Assembly: GCA_036339875.1 (NCBI GenBank)
Contig: JAYZAC010000027.1
Location: forward strand, 1-35,406
Length of the DNA stretch: 35,406 nt
Direction of reading: 5' to 3'
Source: a bacterium
GTDB lineage: Bacteria; Muiribacteriota; UBA6191
Each line of letters begins with the position of its first letter. Position 1 is the stretch's first letter. A program made the translations under genes and the position numbers. Below the pieces are notes generated by a model. That model saw only the letters and a list, made by a program, of their open reading frames with translations. It made no database searches and was not told where the DNA came from. Shown here piece after piece: positions 7,748-16,285 of the stretch.

Positions 7748-9280
7748 TTAACTCCTGCTGTTGCTTGTCTCCGCATCCCCCCTACTTTTTTTTGAGTTCA
7801 ACTCTACCGGTCCGAAGAATAGTCTCTCATCTACTATTTTCCAAATATTCTGAATAGTATCTGAGTTTTCAAATTCGTAGAAAACTATATAGGCCCTTAT
7901 AAACCTTGGTTTTTTATCATACGGTGAAGCTTTTAAGAGTTTTTTAACAGATTTCTCATTTTGAAGTAGTCTCAAAATAAAGTTCGGTAGCCAACCCCTA
8001 TCAGGAAACGTTCCCCTCAAAGCTGCAAACCACATTTGCCAGTCTAATCTTGGTTGATGAGGAGCCACCTGACTTAATTTTTGATGCACACCGTTTAACT
8101 TGTACTTAAATTCGTAATTTTTCCAGATTCTTCCATCGATACTAGCTTGAATTTGAATTTCAGGTCGGCGGGTTGTCATTCTGGCGAAGAGGCCATATGA
8201 ATTTACTAACAAAAAAGGTTTTATAGCTTTCTCTTGAACAGAACTAGATTTAATAAATCCATTTATTCTTTGACTGATGGTAATTGGTAGAATGTTTTCT
8301 AGTTTGCAAGTATTCCAAATAACTTTGAGATTTAAAAATAGAAGGAATATCAGTATCAGGCTAGTTATTAAAAATACTATTTTAGTTACATTTGCCAGTA
8401 TTGGACTATTATGAGCAGAAAAGTTGGGTATATCCGATGAGGTAAATGATAGAAGTGGAATAAATATTACGATACTTAATAAATTAAAAAAAGCGAAGTT
8501 ACCGCTTAGCATAAACAGTATTTGCAGTCCTATCAGCTGCATAGCTGCCATATGACGTAAAGATTTGGATGGAATTAAAAGTGCTAATGGGACCAATAAT
8601 TCCAAGTAAAAAGTTGTTGCGCAGGCAAAAGTTAGCAATGACTCAGGTAATTTATGAAGCCAACTACTTAGAGGGCCTGGAATAGGCTGTGTAAAAAAGT
8701 GGTACTTGAGTGCTGTCAGATCAAGCCAGCTGCCGCCTCCAAAAATTTTTACAACTCCGGAACTAAACATCAGTTTGAAAGCTAAAATTATAATGCTTGC
8801 ATAGATTAGTTTTTCACACGTTTTGGAAAGTAGACTTTTGTGATTAGAGAAAATAAGCCAGAGAGAGACCCAGATTGAGAGAAATCCATATTCCACCAGT
8901 AATACATCCCATTGAAAACTCATGAATACTTGGCCAGCATGAATTAAAGAGAGATAGATCGCCCATGCGCCGATGGCAGCAATAGGGCTTAGAAGATCCA
9001 AAAGTAAGAAAATTGCTGTAGCACATCCAAGCGCGCACAAAATATGTAAACCCACATCACTGGGCATGAATAGAAGTAAGCTAGGAAGTTCGAAATATGA
9101 GGTATTAGCTGCCAGTCTAGAGAACTGAATTGGAGCAGGTAGAATTCCATCTGAACCAATCAGCCCATCCACTTGAACCCAAAACGAGCCAAAAGCGATA
9201 AGGTATATAACTGCCATACCTCGCATGCTGTACCAAAGAGTTGACTTCGTACACTGCATTATTCTTTGAGAAAATATCAT
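7748..9280 (-). CDS. Lipase maturation factor (LMF1) family membrane protein
   Basis: AFGSFWVQVDGLIGSDGILP, FQWDVLLVEYGFL, LMFSSGVVK, HFFTQPIPGP, SGNFAFFNLL, NSYGLFARMT and APHQPRLDWQMWFAA motifs. Confidence 0.93.
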   Translation of the reverse strand: MIFSQRIMQCTKSTLWYSMRGMAVIYLIAFGSFWVQVDGLIGSDGILPAPIQFSRLAANTSYFELPSLLLFMPSDVGLHILCALGCATAIFLLLDLLSPIAAIGAWAIYLSLIHAGQVFMSFQWDVLLVEYGFLSIWVSLWLIFSNHKSLLSKTCEKLIYASIIILAFKLMFSSGVVKIFGGGSWLDLTALKYHFFTQPIPGPLSSWLHKLPESLLTFACATTFYLELLVPLALLIPSKSLRHMAAMQLIGLQILFMLSGNFAFFNLLSIVIFIPLLSFTSSDIPNFSAHNSPILANVTKIVFLITSLILIFLLFLNLKVIWNTCKLENILPITISQRINGFIKSSSVQEKAIKPFLLVNSYGLFARMTTRRPEIQIQASIDGRIWKNYEFKYKLNGVHQKLSQVAPHQPRLDWQMWFAALRGTFPDRGWLPNFILRLLQNEKSVKKLLKASPYDKKPRFIRAYIVFYEFENSDTIQNIWKIVDERLFFGPVELNSKKSRGDAETSNSRS

Positions 9281-9298
9281 GGTATCAATTTCAATCTT

Positions 9299-10294
9299 TT
9301 AATACTTACTGCATTTTCCACGTCTATAACGTTTTTTTGTACGTCTAGAAATAATTGCTTTAGAATCATTACCAGATTCTGATAAAAACCATTTTAGATA
9401 AAACTTCACCCTTTTTACTGAAAGCCAACCTCGGGCAGTATGCTGGTGGGTAATAAATCCGAATTGAAACGTTTCTATATGCTCAGGACGCATCCGAAGT
9501 AGTCCTGATAAACCATTAGGAATGTAAACGAAGCCATCGGATTTTTTTAATAATTGGCTACTATTTATGTAAGTTATTCCTTCAACAGTATCTGGATTTA
9601 ACTGAAAACCATAACCTTGCATATTACTTTTTATAAATTGTGAAAAATCTTCTAAGAGTACAACTCCGGGAGGATAATCTGGATCTTTTACATGTTTTAT
9701 ATCATCTTTAAAGTTGTAACCATATTTATGAAAAATATTTATAATTCCAGCTTGTATAGAGGGCTTTGCATCATCTTGGTCATCAAATCTTATAAAGGTT
9801 ACTCTATCTACTTGCCTTAAATTATCTTTGAAGTTAGCAGGTAGATAATTGTCGCGACCAACTGCTACACAAACTATTCGATGGCCAACTTTAAGTGCAT
9901 GGTGACGAATGAAATGTCTATAAATATCTTGAAGACGTGAGTTTCGTGATTTATCGGTTTGAATTTCTATAAGGACGCTGAATTTATCACCTGAGATCAG
10001 TAAATCCAACGGTAAACCATCAAAATCTAGCTTACTAAAGATCGAAATCTGATCCGGTAATTTATTAGTTTTAGTTTCTACATGCGTTTTCAATTCTGCT
10101 AAAATTTCACCGAAAAATGATTCGCCTTTCAGTGTTCTTTGTATTTGTTGAAGAAAACTATGTAAAAACCTACATCCCAATCCATGTTCACTTGGTTCTA
10201 ATAAAAAATGGATATAGGTTGCTAAGTAGTCAGGTTCGATTTGCCTCTGATTAAATGCCATTATTTTAAGTATATTAAGGGACTTGGAAGCCAT
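9299..10294 (-). CDS. PD-(D/E)XK nuclease-like protein (PDDEXK_4-like), degenerate active site
   Basis: LLEPSEHGLGCRFLHSFL N-terminal signature and LDLLISGDKFSVLIEIQ core. Confidence 0.6.
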   Translation of the reverse strand: MASKSLNILKIMAFNQRQIEPDYLATYIHFLLEPSEHGLGCRFLHSFLQQIQRTLKGESFFGEILAELKTHVETKTNKLPDQISIFSKLDFDGLPLDLLISGDKFSVLIEIQTDKSRNSRLQDIYRHFIRHHALKVGHRIVCVAVGRDNYLPANFKDNLRQVDRVTFIRFDDQDDAKPSIQAGIINIFHKYGYNFKDDIKHVKDPDYPPGVVLLEDFSQFIKSNMQGYGFQLNPDTVEGITYINSSQLLKKSDGFVYIPNGLSGLLRMRPEHIETFQFGFITHQHTARGWLSVKRVKFYLKWFLSESGNDSKAIISRRTKKRYRRGKCSKY

Positions 10295-10382
10295 AACATT
10301 TCTAAAAAATTGTGAGATATAAAATTAAGTATTGATTTGAAACTGAGCAACTAAAGAATATATTCTATGCTAAAATAGAGAA

Positions 10383-10685
10383 ATGGAGCATGTATTTTTT
10401 AGCACGGTCATATTTTCAACTTGCTTTTTTTTCTTGAGTATTGGAATTTTGATCAATGGTAAAGCCCCTTCTGGGTCTTGTGGGCGTCGTAAGGGCGAGC
10501 CACCCTTAATTGTGGATGGACGCGAGGTCGAATTGGACTGCATCTGTGAAACCACCGGTAAAGTTAATGCATGCGATGGAATCAGTGAGGATCAGCTAAT
10601 TCAAGCAATGCAAAGAGTTAAAAATGCTCAGACTGATATACCCGATATTGACCAATTGACGGATTCGTCTGAGAACTTTAAATGA
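10383..10685 (+). CDS. nqrM: Na+-NQR maturation factor NqrM-like protein
   Basis: One N-terminal TM followed by GKAPSGSCG...CICE...NAC cysteine pattern; lies next to apbE and the nqr operon. Confidence 0.75.
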   Translation: MEHVFFSTVIFSTCFFFLSIGILINGKAPSGSCGRRKGEPPLIVDGREVELDCICETTGKVNACDGISEDQLIQAMQRVKNAQTDIPDIDQLTDSSENFK

Positions 10686-10709
10686 TCTTAGTTAACTGAG
10701 TTTGTGACC

Positions 10710-11756
10710 TTAACTATTTTCTTTATCGTAACTTAGCCACTTTAGATTTTTGCTACGTAAAATGACAGGTTTACCGTCACTTGCTTCTCGTAATATGAGT
10801 AGATATTCCAACTTCATTTGATCAAGTATTTTCACAGCTTCAGCTGAACCCAAGCTCATGGCCATTGTTGCAATTGCATCGGCTTGAGCACAATTACTTC
10901 CTACAATGGAAGCACTTATAACATCGTTTTTCTGAGGCTTCCCTGTTAGTGGACTAAGAATGTGAGCCCACTTAAAGCCGTCATTTTCAATCATATTTCT
11001 ATAGTTTCCCGATGTAGCTAATGCTTGACCATCCTCTAAAAGAAGAATTTCAGCAATATCCGTCGCAGAGGAATTTTCATCAGGTCGATTAATTCCTAGT
11101 TTGTAATATTTACGTGACTCACTCGGTTTACCAGAGACTCTGAGTTCACCTCCGATCTCAACTATGAAATTTGCTAATCCTTTAGAGATGAGAAATTGAT
11201 ACACTTTGTCCACTGCTAGTCCCTTGGCAATTGAACTGAAGTCCAACTGTACATCAGCATGTTTTTTACGAAGTTGATACCCCTCCAATAATTCAAATTT
11301 GTCACAGCCTACCGAAGTTAATAATTGATCAATATCCTTTTGCTTTGGTGGAGAGGTGATTTTTTGAGGGCCAAATCCCCACACATTTACTAAGCCTTGA
11401 ATTGAAACATCATAGTAGCCTTTGGAAAGGTTACAGTATGTTTGTGCTTGTCCAGCCAGTGAATACAGAGATTCGCTCACTGATTGTGGACTCGTAGTTA
11501 ATTTGCTGTTCCATCGACTGATTTCACTTTCATTAATGTAAGTCGAAAATATTTGATTAAAATTGATTAGAATATTGTCTATGGCGCTGGCAAATTTTTT
11601 AATGTCTTGTGAGTCAGATTTGATCACATAGTAGGTACCCATAGTTTTACCGGTAACACTAAACATGTTAGTCTGCTTTGGACCATATACATAAAGACCT
11701 AAAAAAATTAATATCACAAACAATAGTTGTTTAATTGCTAACTTTGGTTTTTCCAT
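10710..11756 (-). CDS. apbE: FAD:protein FMN transferase ApbE
   Basis: GKTMGT, STYINESEISRWN, WGFGP, LDFSSIAKGLAVD, VEIGGEL, ATSGNYRN, HILSPLTG and ADAIAT; directly follows nqrF. ATG 11756 preferred because the track start 11780 lies in a terminator loop. Confidence 0.93.
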   Translation of the reverse strand: MEKPKLAIKQLLFVILIFLGLYVYGPKQTNMFSVTGKTMGTYYVIKSDSQDIKKFASAIDNILINFNQIFSTYINESEISRWNSKLTTSPQSVSESLYSLAGQAQTYCNLSKGYYDVSIQGLVNVWGFGPQKITSPPKQKDIDQLLTSVGCDKFELLEGYQLRKKHADVQLDFSSIAKGLAVDKVYQFLISKGLANFIVEIGGELRVSGKPSESRKYYKLGINRPDENSSATDIAEILLLEDGQALATSGNYRNMIENDGFKWAHILSPLTGKPQKNDVISASIVGSNCAQADAIATMAMSLGSAEAVKILDQMKLEYLLILREASDGKPVILRSKNLKWLSYDKENS

Positions 11757-11759
11757 AAT

Positions 11760-11797
11760 AAAAAAAACCCGTAGACACAAAATTCGTTCTACGGGCT
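11760..11797 (-). terminator. Intrinsic terminator after nqrF
   Basis: Minus strand CCCGTAGA-N12-TCTACGGG (11795-11768) followed by T8. Confidence 0.8.
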
Positions 11798-11822
11798 TTG
11801 AGGTTATAATTAATAGTTTTTA

Positions 11823-13064
11823 CTACCCACCGAAATCATCTAAACGAATTAAGTCAGGTTCCACTCCTAGATCGTCCAACATCTGTAGGACACTCTGATT
11901 CATCATTGGTGGGCCACATAGATAATATTCCACATCACCAGGATCATCATGTTTATCTAAATAGTTATCCAACAATACTTGATGAATAAATCCAGTATAA
12001 CCATCCCATTGGCATTCTTCAGTTGCATTGGAAAGTGCAACATGGTAATCGAAGTTGGGGAATTTGCTTTGAATATCCTTAAACTGCTCATCGTAAAACA
12101 TCTCTCTGCGTGATCGAGCACCATACCAAAAGGAACATTTACGCTTTGTTTTTTCTGTATGGAAGAGATGGAATAAGTGAGAGCGCATAGGAGCCATACC
12201 CGCTCCACCACCGATGAAAACCATTTCACGTTCAGTTTCCTGTATGAAGAACTCTCCATAAGGACCTGAAACGTAAACTTCGTCTCCAGCCTTCAGATTA
12301 AATATATATGTGGATGCAACTCCTGGGGGCAAATCATATTTAGTCCCTCTTGGTTCCGTTGGCGGTGGAGTCGCAATACGAACATTAAGCATTACCATCT
12401 GTCCTTCAGCGGGATGGTTTGCCATAGAATAAGCCCTGAAGCATTCTTCCTTATTATCTATTCCAATATCCCACAATTTGAAATTATCCCAATCTGGGTG
12501 GTACTGCTCCTCCACATCAAAATCGCTAAACTTACATTTATATTCTGGTATTTCGATTTGTATGTATCCGCCGTTTTTGAAATCTAATGTCTTACCATCT
12601 TGTATGTCTAGAACCAGTTCTTTGATGAAAGTTGCAACATTGTCATTTGACCGCACAATTGTTCGATACCTTTTAATACCAAAGACTTCTTCTGGAACAC
12701 CGACTTCCATGTCATTTTTCACTTTTACCTGACAGGAGAGTCTTACTTGCTCTTTCTTCTCAGTTCGACTCAAATGGCCATCTTCAGTGGGTAGAACATC
12801 CCCACCACCTTCAAAAATCTGACATTTACACAGTGCACAGGAACCGCCGCCTCCACAGGCACTTGGTAGATAAATGTCTTCTTCCATAAGAGCACTTAGT
12901 AGATTGGTACCCGGCTGTGTTTCTATGATTTTCTCTCCGCCGTTAACAGAGATTTTAACAGTCCCTGCAGGTACTAGCTTTGCACTAGCAACATTTAGAA
13001 TTAGAACCAACGTTAATATTACCCCACCAAAAATTAAAATACTCAACGCAAGTGTTGTAAGCAT
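11823..13064 (-). CDS. nqrF: Na+-translocating NADH:quinone reductase subunit F
   Basis: SACGGGGSCALC 2Fe-2S motif, RLSCQV, RAYSMAN, GGGAGMAPMRSH, YYLCGPP and C-terminal DDFGG. Confidence 0.98.
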   Translation of the reverse strand: MLTTLALSILIFGGVILTLVLILNVASAKLVPAGTVKISVNGGEKIIETQPGTNLLSALMEEDIYLPSACGGGGSCALCKCQIFEGGGDVLPTEDGHLSRTEKKEQVRLSCQVKVKNDMEVGVPEEVFGIKRYRTIVRSNDNVATFIKELVLDIQDGKTLDFKNGGYIQIEIPEYKCKFSDFDVEEQYHPDWDNFKLWDIGIDNKEECFRAYSMANHPAEGQMVMLNVRIATPPPTEPRGTKYDLPPGVASTYIFNLKAGDEVYVSGPYGEFFIQETEREMVFIGGGAGMAPMRSHLFHLFHTEKTKRKCSFWYGARSRREMFYDEQFKDIQSKFPNFDYHVALSNATEECQWDGYTGFIHQVLLDNYLDKHDDPGDVEYYLCGPPMMNQSVLQMLDDLGVEPDLIRLDDFGG

Positions 13065-13075
13065 AATTTATCCTT

Positions 13076-13693
13076 TCACAGACTGATGCCGGCAAAACCC
13101 ATGAAGCCAATGGCCATTAAACCAGTTATGATAAAAGTGATTCCCAAACCCTTCAGTCCCTCTGGTACATGACTGTAACGAATTTTTGTTCGGATCGATG
13201 CCAGAGCAACAATCGCGAGGAACCAACCAATTCCCGAGCTAAACCCGAATACAATTGACTGAGTCAAGTCGTATGAACGCTCGACCATAAATAGTGAGCA
13301 TCCAAGAATTGCACAGTTCACTGTAATTAAGGGGAGAAAAACACCCAGAGCTGTATACAATGCAGGGAAGAATTTATCTAAAATCATCTCAAGAAGCTGT
13401 ACCTGTGCTGCAATGATTGCAATGAAGGTGATTAAATTGAGGAAACTTAAATCCAATTCGGCAAAATCTGGAGATAACCAAACCATGGCTCCTTTCTGAA
13501 GAAAAAAGTTGTGAACTGCCCAGTTGACTGGTGTTGTAATACTCAACACGAATATTACAGCAATCCCTAAGCCCATGGAAGTTTCGATTTTCTTGGAACA
13601 TGCCAAGAAAGTACACATCCCCAAGAAATAAGCGAGAAGGATATTATTAATAAATATAGACGAAATGGCTAAGCCAAGATACTCTGCTACCAT
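13076..13693 (-). CDS. nqrE: Na+-NQR subunit E
   Basis: [22 protein letters not shown] and [13 protein letters not shown]; operon position. Confidence 0.97.
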   Translation of the reverse strand: MVAEYLGLAISSIFINNILLAYFLGMCTFLACSKKIETSMGLGIAVIFVLSITTPVNWAVHNFFLQKGAMVWLSPDFAELDLSFLNLITFIAIIAAQVQLLEMILDKFFPALYTALGVFLPLITVNCAILGCSLFMVERSYDLTQSIVFGFSSGIGWFLAIVALASIRTKIRYSHVPEGLKGLGITFIITGLMAIGFMGFAGISL

Positions 13694-13702
13694 ATTAAAC
13701 CC

Positions 13703-14329
13703 CTACTCCTCACCCGCTCTACCGAGCAATGTATTCTGTAGCCATATATATAGACCGAGTAATATGAAAGCACCGGGTGGTAATACCATCAAGCCCATGT
13801 TTACGTAGCCCATGTCATAGGCTGCTTGGGGTATCAACGCGATTCCCCAAATTGTTCCGCTACCCAATATCTCGCGTAGTGCTGCTACAACACACAACAC
13901 CAAAGTGTAACCAAGTCCATTCCCTAATCCATCTAGAAATGATGGCCATGGAGAGTTACCAAGTGCATAAGCTTCGGCTCGACCGAGGACAATACAATTG
14001 GTAATAATCAGCCCGACAAAAACGGATAATTCTTTGGATAACTGAAAAAAGTATGCCCTCAGTACTTGATCAACTAAGATAACCAGAGAGGCTATTACGC
14101 ACATCTCGACTATGATTCTAATACGGCTTGGTAAGCCCTTACGCATGAAACTTAAAATAACATTACTGCCCGACAGAACAAAAATTACGGCGAGAGACAT
14201 CACTACTGCTTGCTCCAACATTACAGTGACTGCAAGTGCCGAACAGATTCCTAAGACCTGACTCGCAATTGGATTATTTTCAACCAATGGATCTGAAATT
14301 TGTTTAGGTAAACTCTTGAGCATGCCCAT
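13703..14329 (-). CDS. nqrD: Na+-NQR subunit D
   Basis: NNPIASQVLGICSALAVT and VFVGLIITNCIVLGRAEA. Confidence 0.97.
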   Translation of the reverse strand: MGMLKSLPKQISDPLVENNPIASQVLGICSALAVTVMLEQAVVMSLAVIFVLSGSNVILSFMRKGLPSRIRIIVEMCVIASLVILVDQVLRAYFFQLSKELSVFVGLIITNCIVLGRAEAYALGNSPWPSFLDGLGNGLGYTLVLCVVAALREILGSGTIWGIALIPQAAYDMGYVNMGLMVLPPGAFILLGLYIWLQNTLLGRAGEE

Positions 14330-15081
14330 TAGGCACCTGCCTTTCGAATCTTCGATAGAAATGGATCAAATACTGTGGCGCAGTGTTTTAAAAGATCAGT
14401 CACACCATCAGCAGTTATCGTTGCTCCACTGATTCCATCCACCACGTGATCTTCAGGTAATCCCGAATCTTTGGCTTTTCCTTTATATACCTTGACACTT
14501 GCTAGAGAACCCGTGTTATCCAGCAGTTTCTTACCCTTAAAGTTATCGGAAAACCACTTTTTGGAAATCTCTGCTCCCAGACCCGGGGTCTCCGCATGCT
14601 TGTAGAAAGTAATCCCCATGATAGTACTTCCATCACCTTCTAGTGCGAGGTAGCCATACAGAGTTGACCATAGTCCTTTACCCTCCAATGGAATTGCATA
14701 AGCTGAGGCCACTCCGTCTGTGACTTTACTATAAACCGACAGTTTACAATCTTCTGGATTGCTAGGAAACTTGGTGTAAAGAAGTTCACATTTTTCGTTT
14801 TGGGGAATGTCGCTGAATGCTTGTCCTTCGATTACTTTTCCATTCCGATCTATTACAATTTCTTTGATACTAGCTTGAAATGTTGATTCTACCTCAGAGT
14901 CTATCATCTCCGACCCATCTTCTTTTTTAAGTTCAAAAACATTTAGAATGTTTCTGTACAGATCTAATTTGGCTGCCTTTTGCTGTGCAGGCTGTAGTCC
15001 TACGGCGAAAAGTGACAGCATGAAGCTACATATAAAACAGACGATAGCTGCATAGAATAAGGTGTAAGTATTATCATTCAT
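14329..15081 (-). CDS. nqrC: Na+-NQR subunit C
   Basis: GKGLWSTLYG, ETPGLGAEI and FMN attachment motif VDGISGATIT. Confidence 0.96.
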   Translation of the reverse strand: MNDNTYTLFYAAIVCFICSFMLSLFAVGLQPAQQKAAKLDLYRNILNVFELKKEDGSEMIDSEVESTFQASIKEIVIDRNGKVIEGQAFSDIPQNEKCELLYTKFPSNPEDCKLSVYSKVTDGVASAYAIPLEGKGLWSTLYGYLALEGDGSTIMGITFYKHAETPGLGAEISKKWFSDNFKGKKLLDNTGSLASVKVYKGKAKDSGLPEDHVVDGISGATITADGVTDLLKHCATVFDPFLSKIRKAGA

Positions 15082-16285
15082 GGAATGCCTTCCTTCGCTT
15101 CATATGAGCTTTGATGACCCAATAGTCAATGAATGGAGCAAAAATATTCATAAATAAAATAGCGAGCATCATTCCCTCGGGATATGCTGGATTCACCACA
15201 CGAATAATTATCGCTACCACGCCAATTAAAAATCCGTAGACCCATTTACCCGTATTGGTTGCTGCACTTGAAACAGGGTCAGTAGACATAAAGACCGCAC
15301 CAAACATGAATCCACCCATTATCAGATGATAATGTGCAGGTAGATGAAAAATGCCAGGAAGTGAGTCGGGAGCGACCGCTGCTAGCAAACTTGCCGTGAA
15401 TGCGCCTCCGATTATGGTTCCCAAAATATTACGAAAATTTCCGACCCCTGCGATTACCAAAAATCCAGCACCTATTAAACATGCCAAAGCGGATGTTTCA
15501 CCTATCGAGCCTGGGACCAGTCCGATAAACAAATTAGTTAAGTCAAAATGTGAGGTCTTAAGAGTCTCGATTATATTTTCCGTTCCCGGAGTCGATGCTG
15601 CTTGTGCTAACGCTGTTGCTCCTGAAAAGCCATCCACAAGTTCTCCCGGTGAACTAGTGTTCCACCAAATGTAGTCGGGAGTCGCAATCCATACCTTATC
15701 GCCCGAAATTTGAGCTGGGTAGGTAAAAAAGCAAAATGCTCTGGCCATCAAAGCAGGATTAAGTATATTCATTCCGGTACCACCAAAGACTTCTTTACCA
15801 ATCACCACTCCAAATGAGATACCGATGGCCACTTGCCAAAGTGGTATAGTGGGAGGTAACGTTAATGGAAACAGGAGCCCTGTAACTAGAAAGCCTTCAT
15901 TGATAGGATGCCTTCTCACGCATGCAAAGAGCCCTTCCCAGAGTCCTCCGACTGCATATGACGTGATTATGATTGGAACTACAAGAATAGAGCCTTTGAT
16001 CATACATTCAAGGAAACCGACCGATTCATTAACAGCCATTTGTGCTTGGAAACCGGCATTGTATATTCCTAGTAACACACATGGAATAAGTGCCACGATT
16101 ACCATTGACATATATCGTTTGGTATCGACCGCGTCTCTCACAAACGGAGCTTTTTTGGCCCAATGAGCTGGCGAAAAAAGAAAAGTTTCTCCAGCGTCAA
16201 ATAGTGGAAAAGCTTTTTCTAACGGTTTTCCAGGCATAAAAAGCTTATGCTTGGTATCTTCTAAAATGTCGAGTAGAAATTTCAC
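15074..16285 (-). CDS. nqrB: Na+-NQR subunit B
   Basis: RDAVDTKRYM, KEVFGGTGMNILNPA, FMN motif VDGFSGATAL, TDPVS and YPEGMMLAILF; GTG start with SD AAGGAGG. Confidence 0.97.
   Translation of the reverse strand: MKFLLDILEDTKHKLFMPGKPLEKAFPLFDAGETFLFSPAHWAKKAPFVRDAVDTKRYMSMVIVALIPCVLLGIYNAGFQAQMAVNESVGFLECMIKGSILVVPIIITSYAVGGLWEGLFACVRRHPINEGFLVTGLLFPLTLPPTIPLWQVAIGISFGVVIGKEVFGGTGMNILNPALMARAFCFFTYPAQISGDKVWIATPDYIWWNTSSPGELVDGFSGATALAQAASTPGTENIIETLKTSHFDLTNLFIGLVPGSIGETSALACLIGAGFLVIAGVGNFRNILGTIIGGAFTASLLAAVAPDSLPGIFHLPAHYHLIMGGFMFGAVFMSTDPVSSAATNTGKWVYGFLIGVVAIIIRVVNPAYPEGMMLAILFMNIFAPFIDYWVIKAHMKRRKAFHE

Noticed and set aside
10370..10555. 61-aa minus-strand ORF
   Set aside because: Antisense to the nqrM-like gene.
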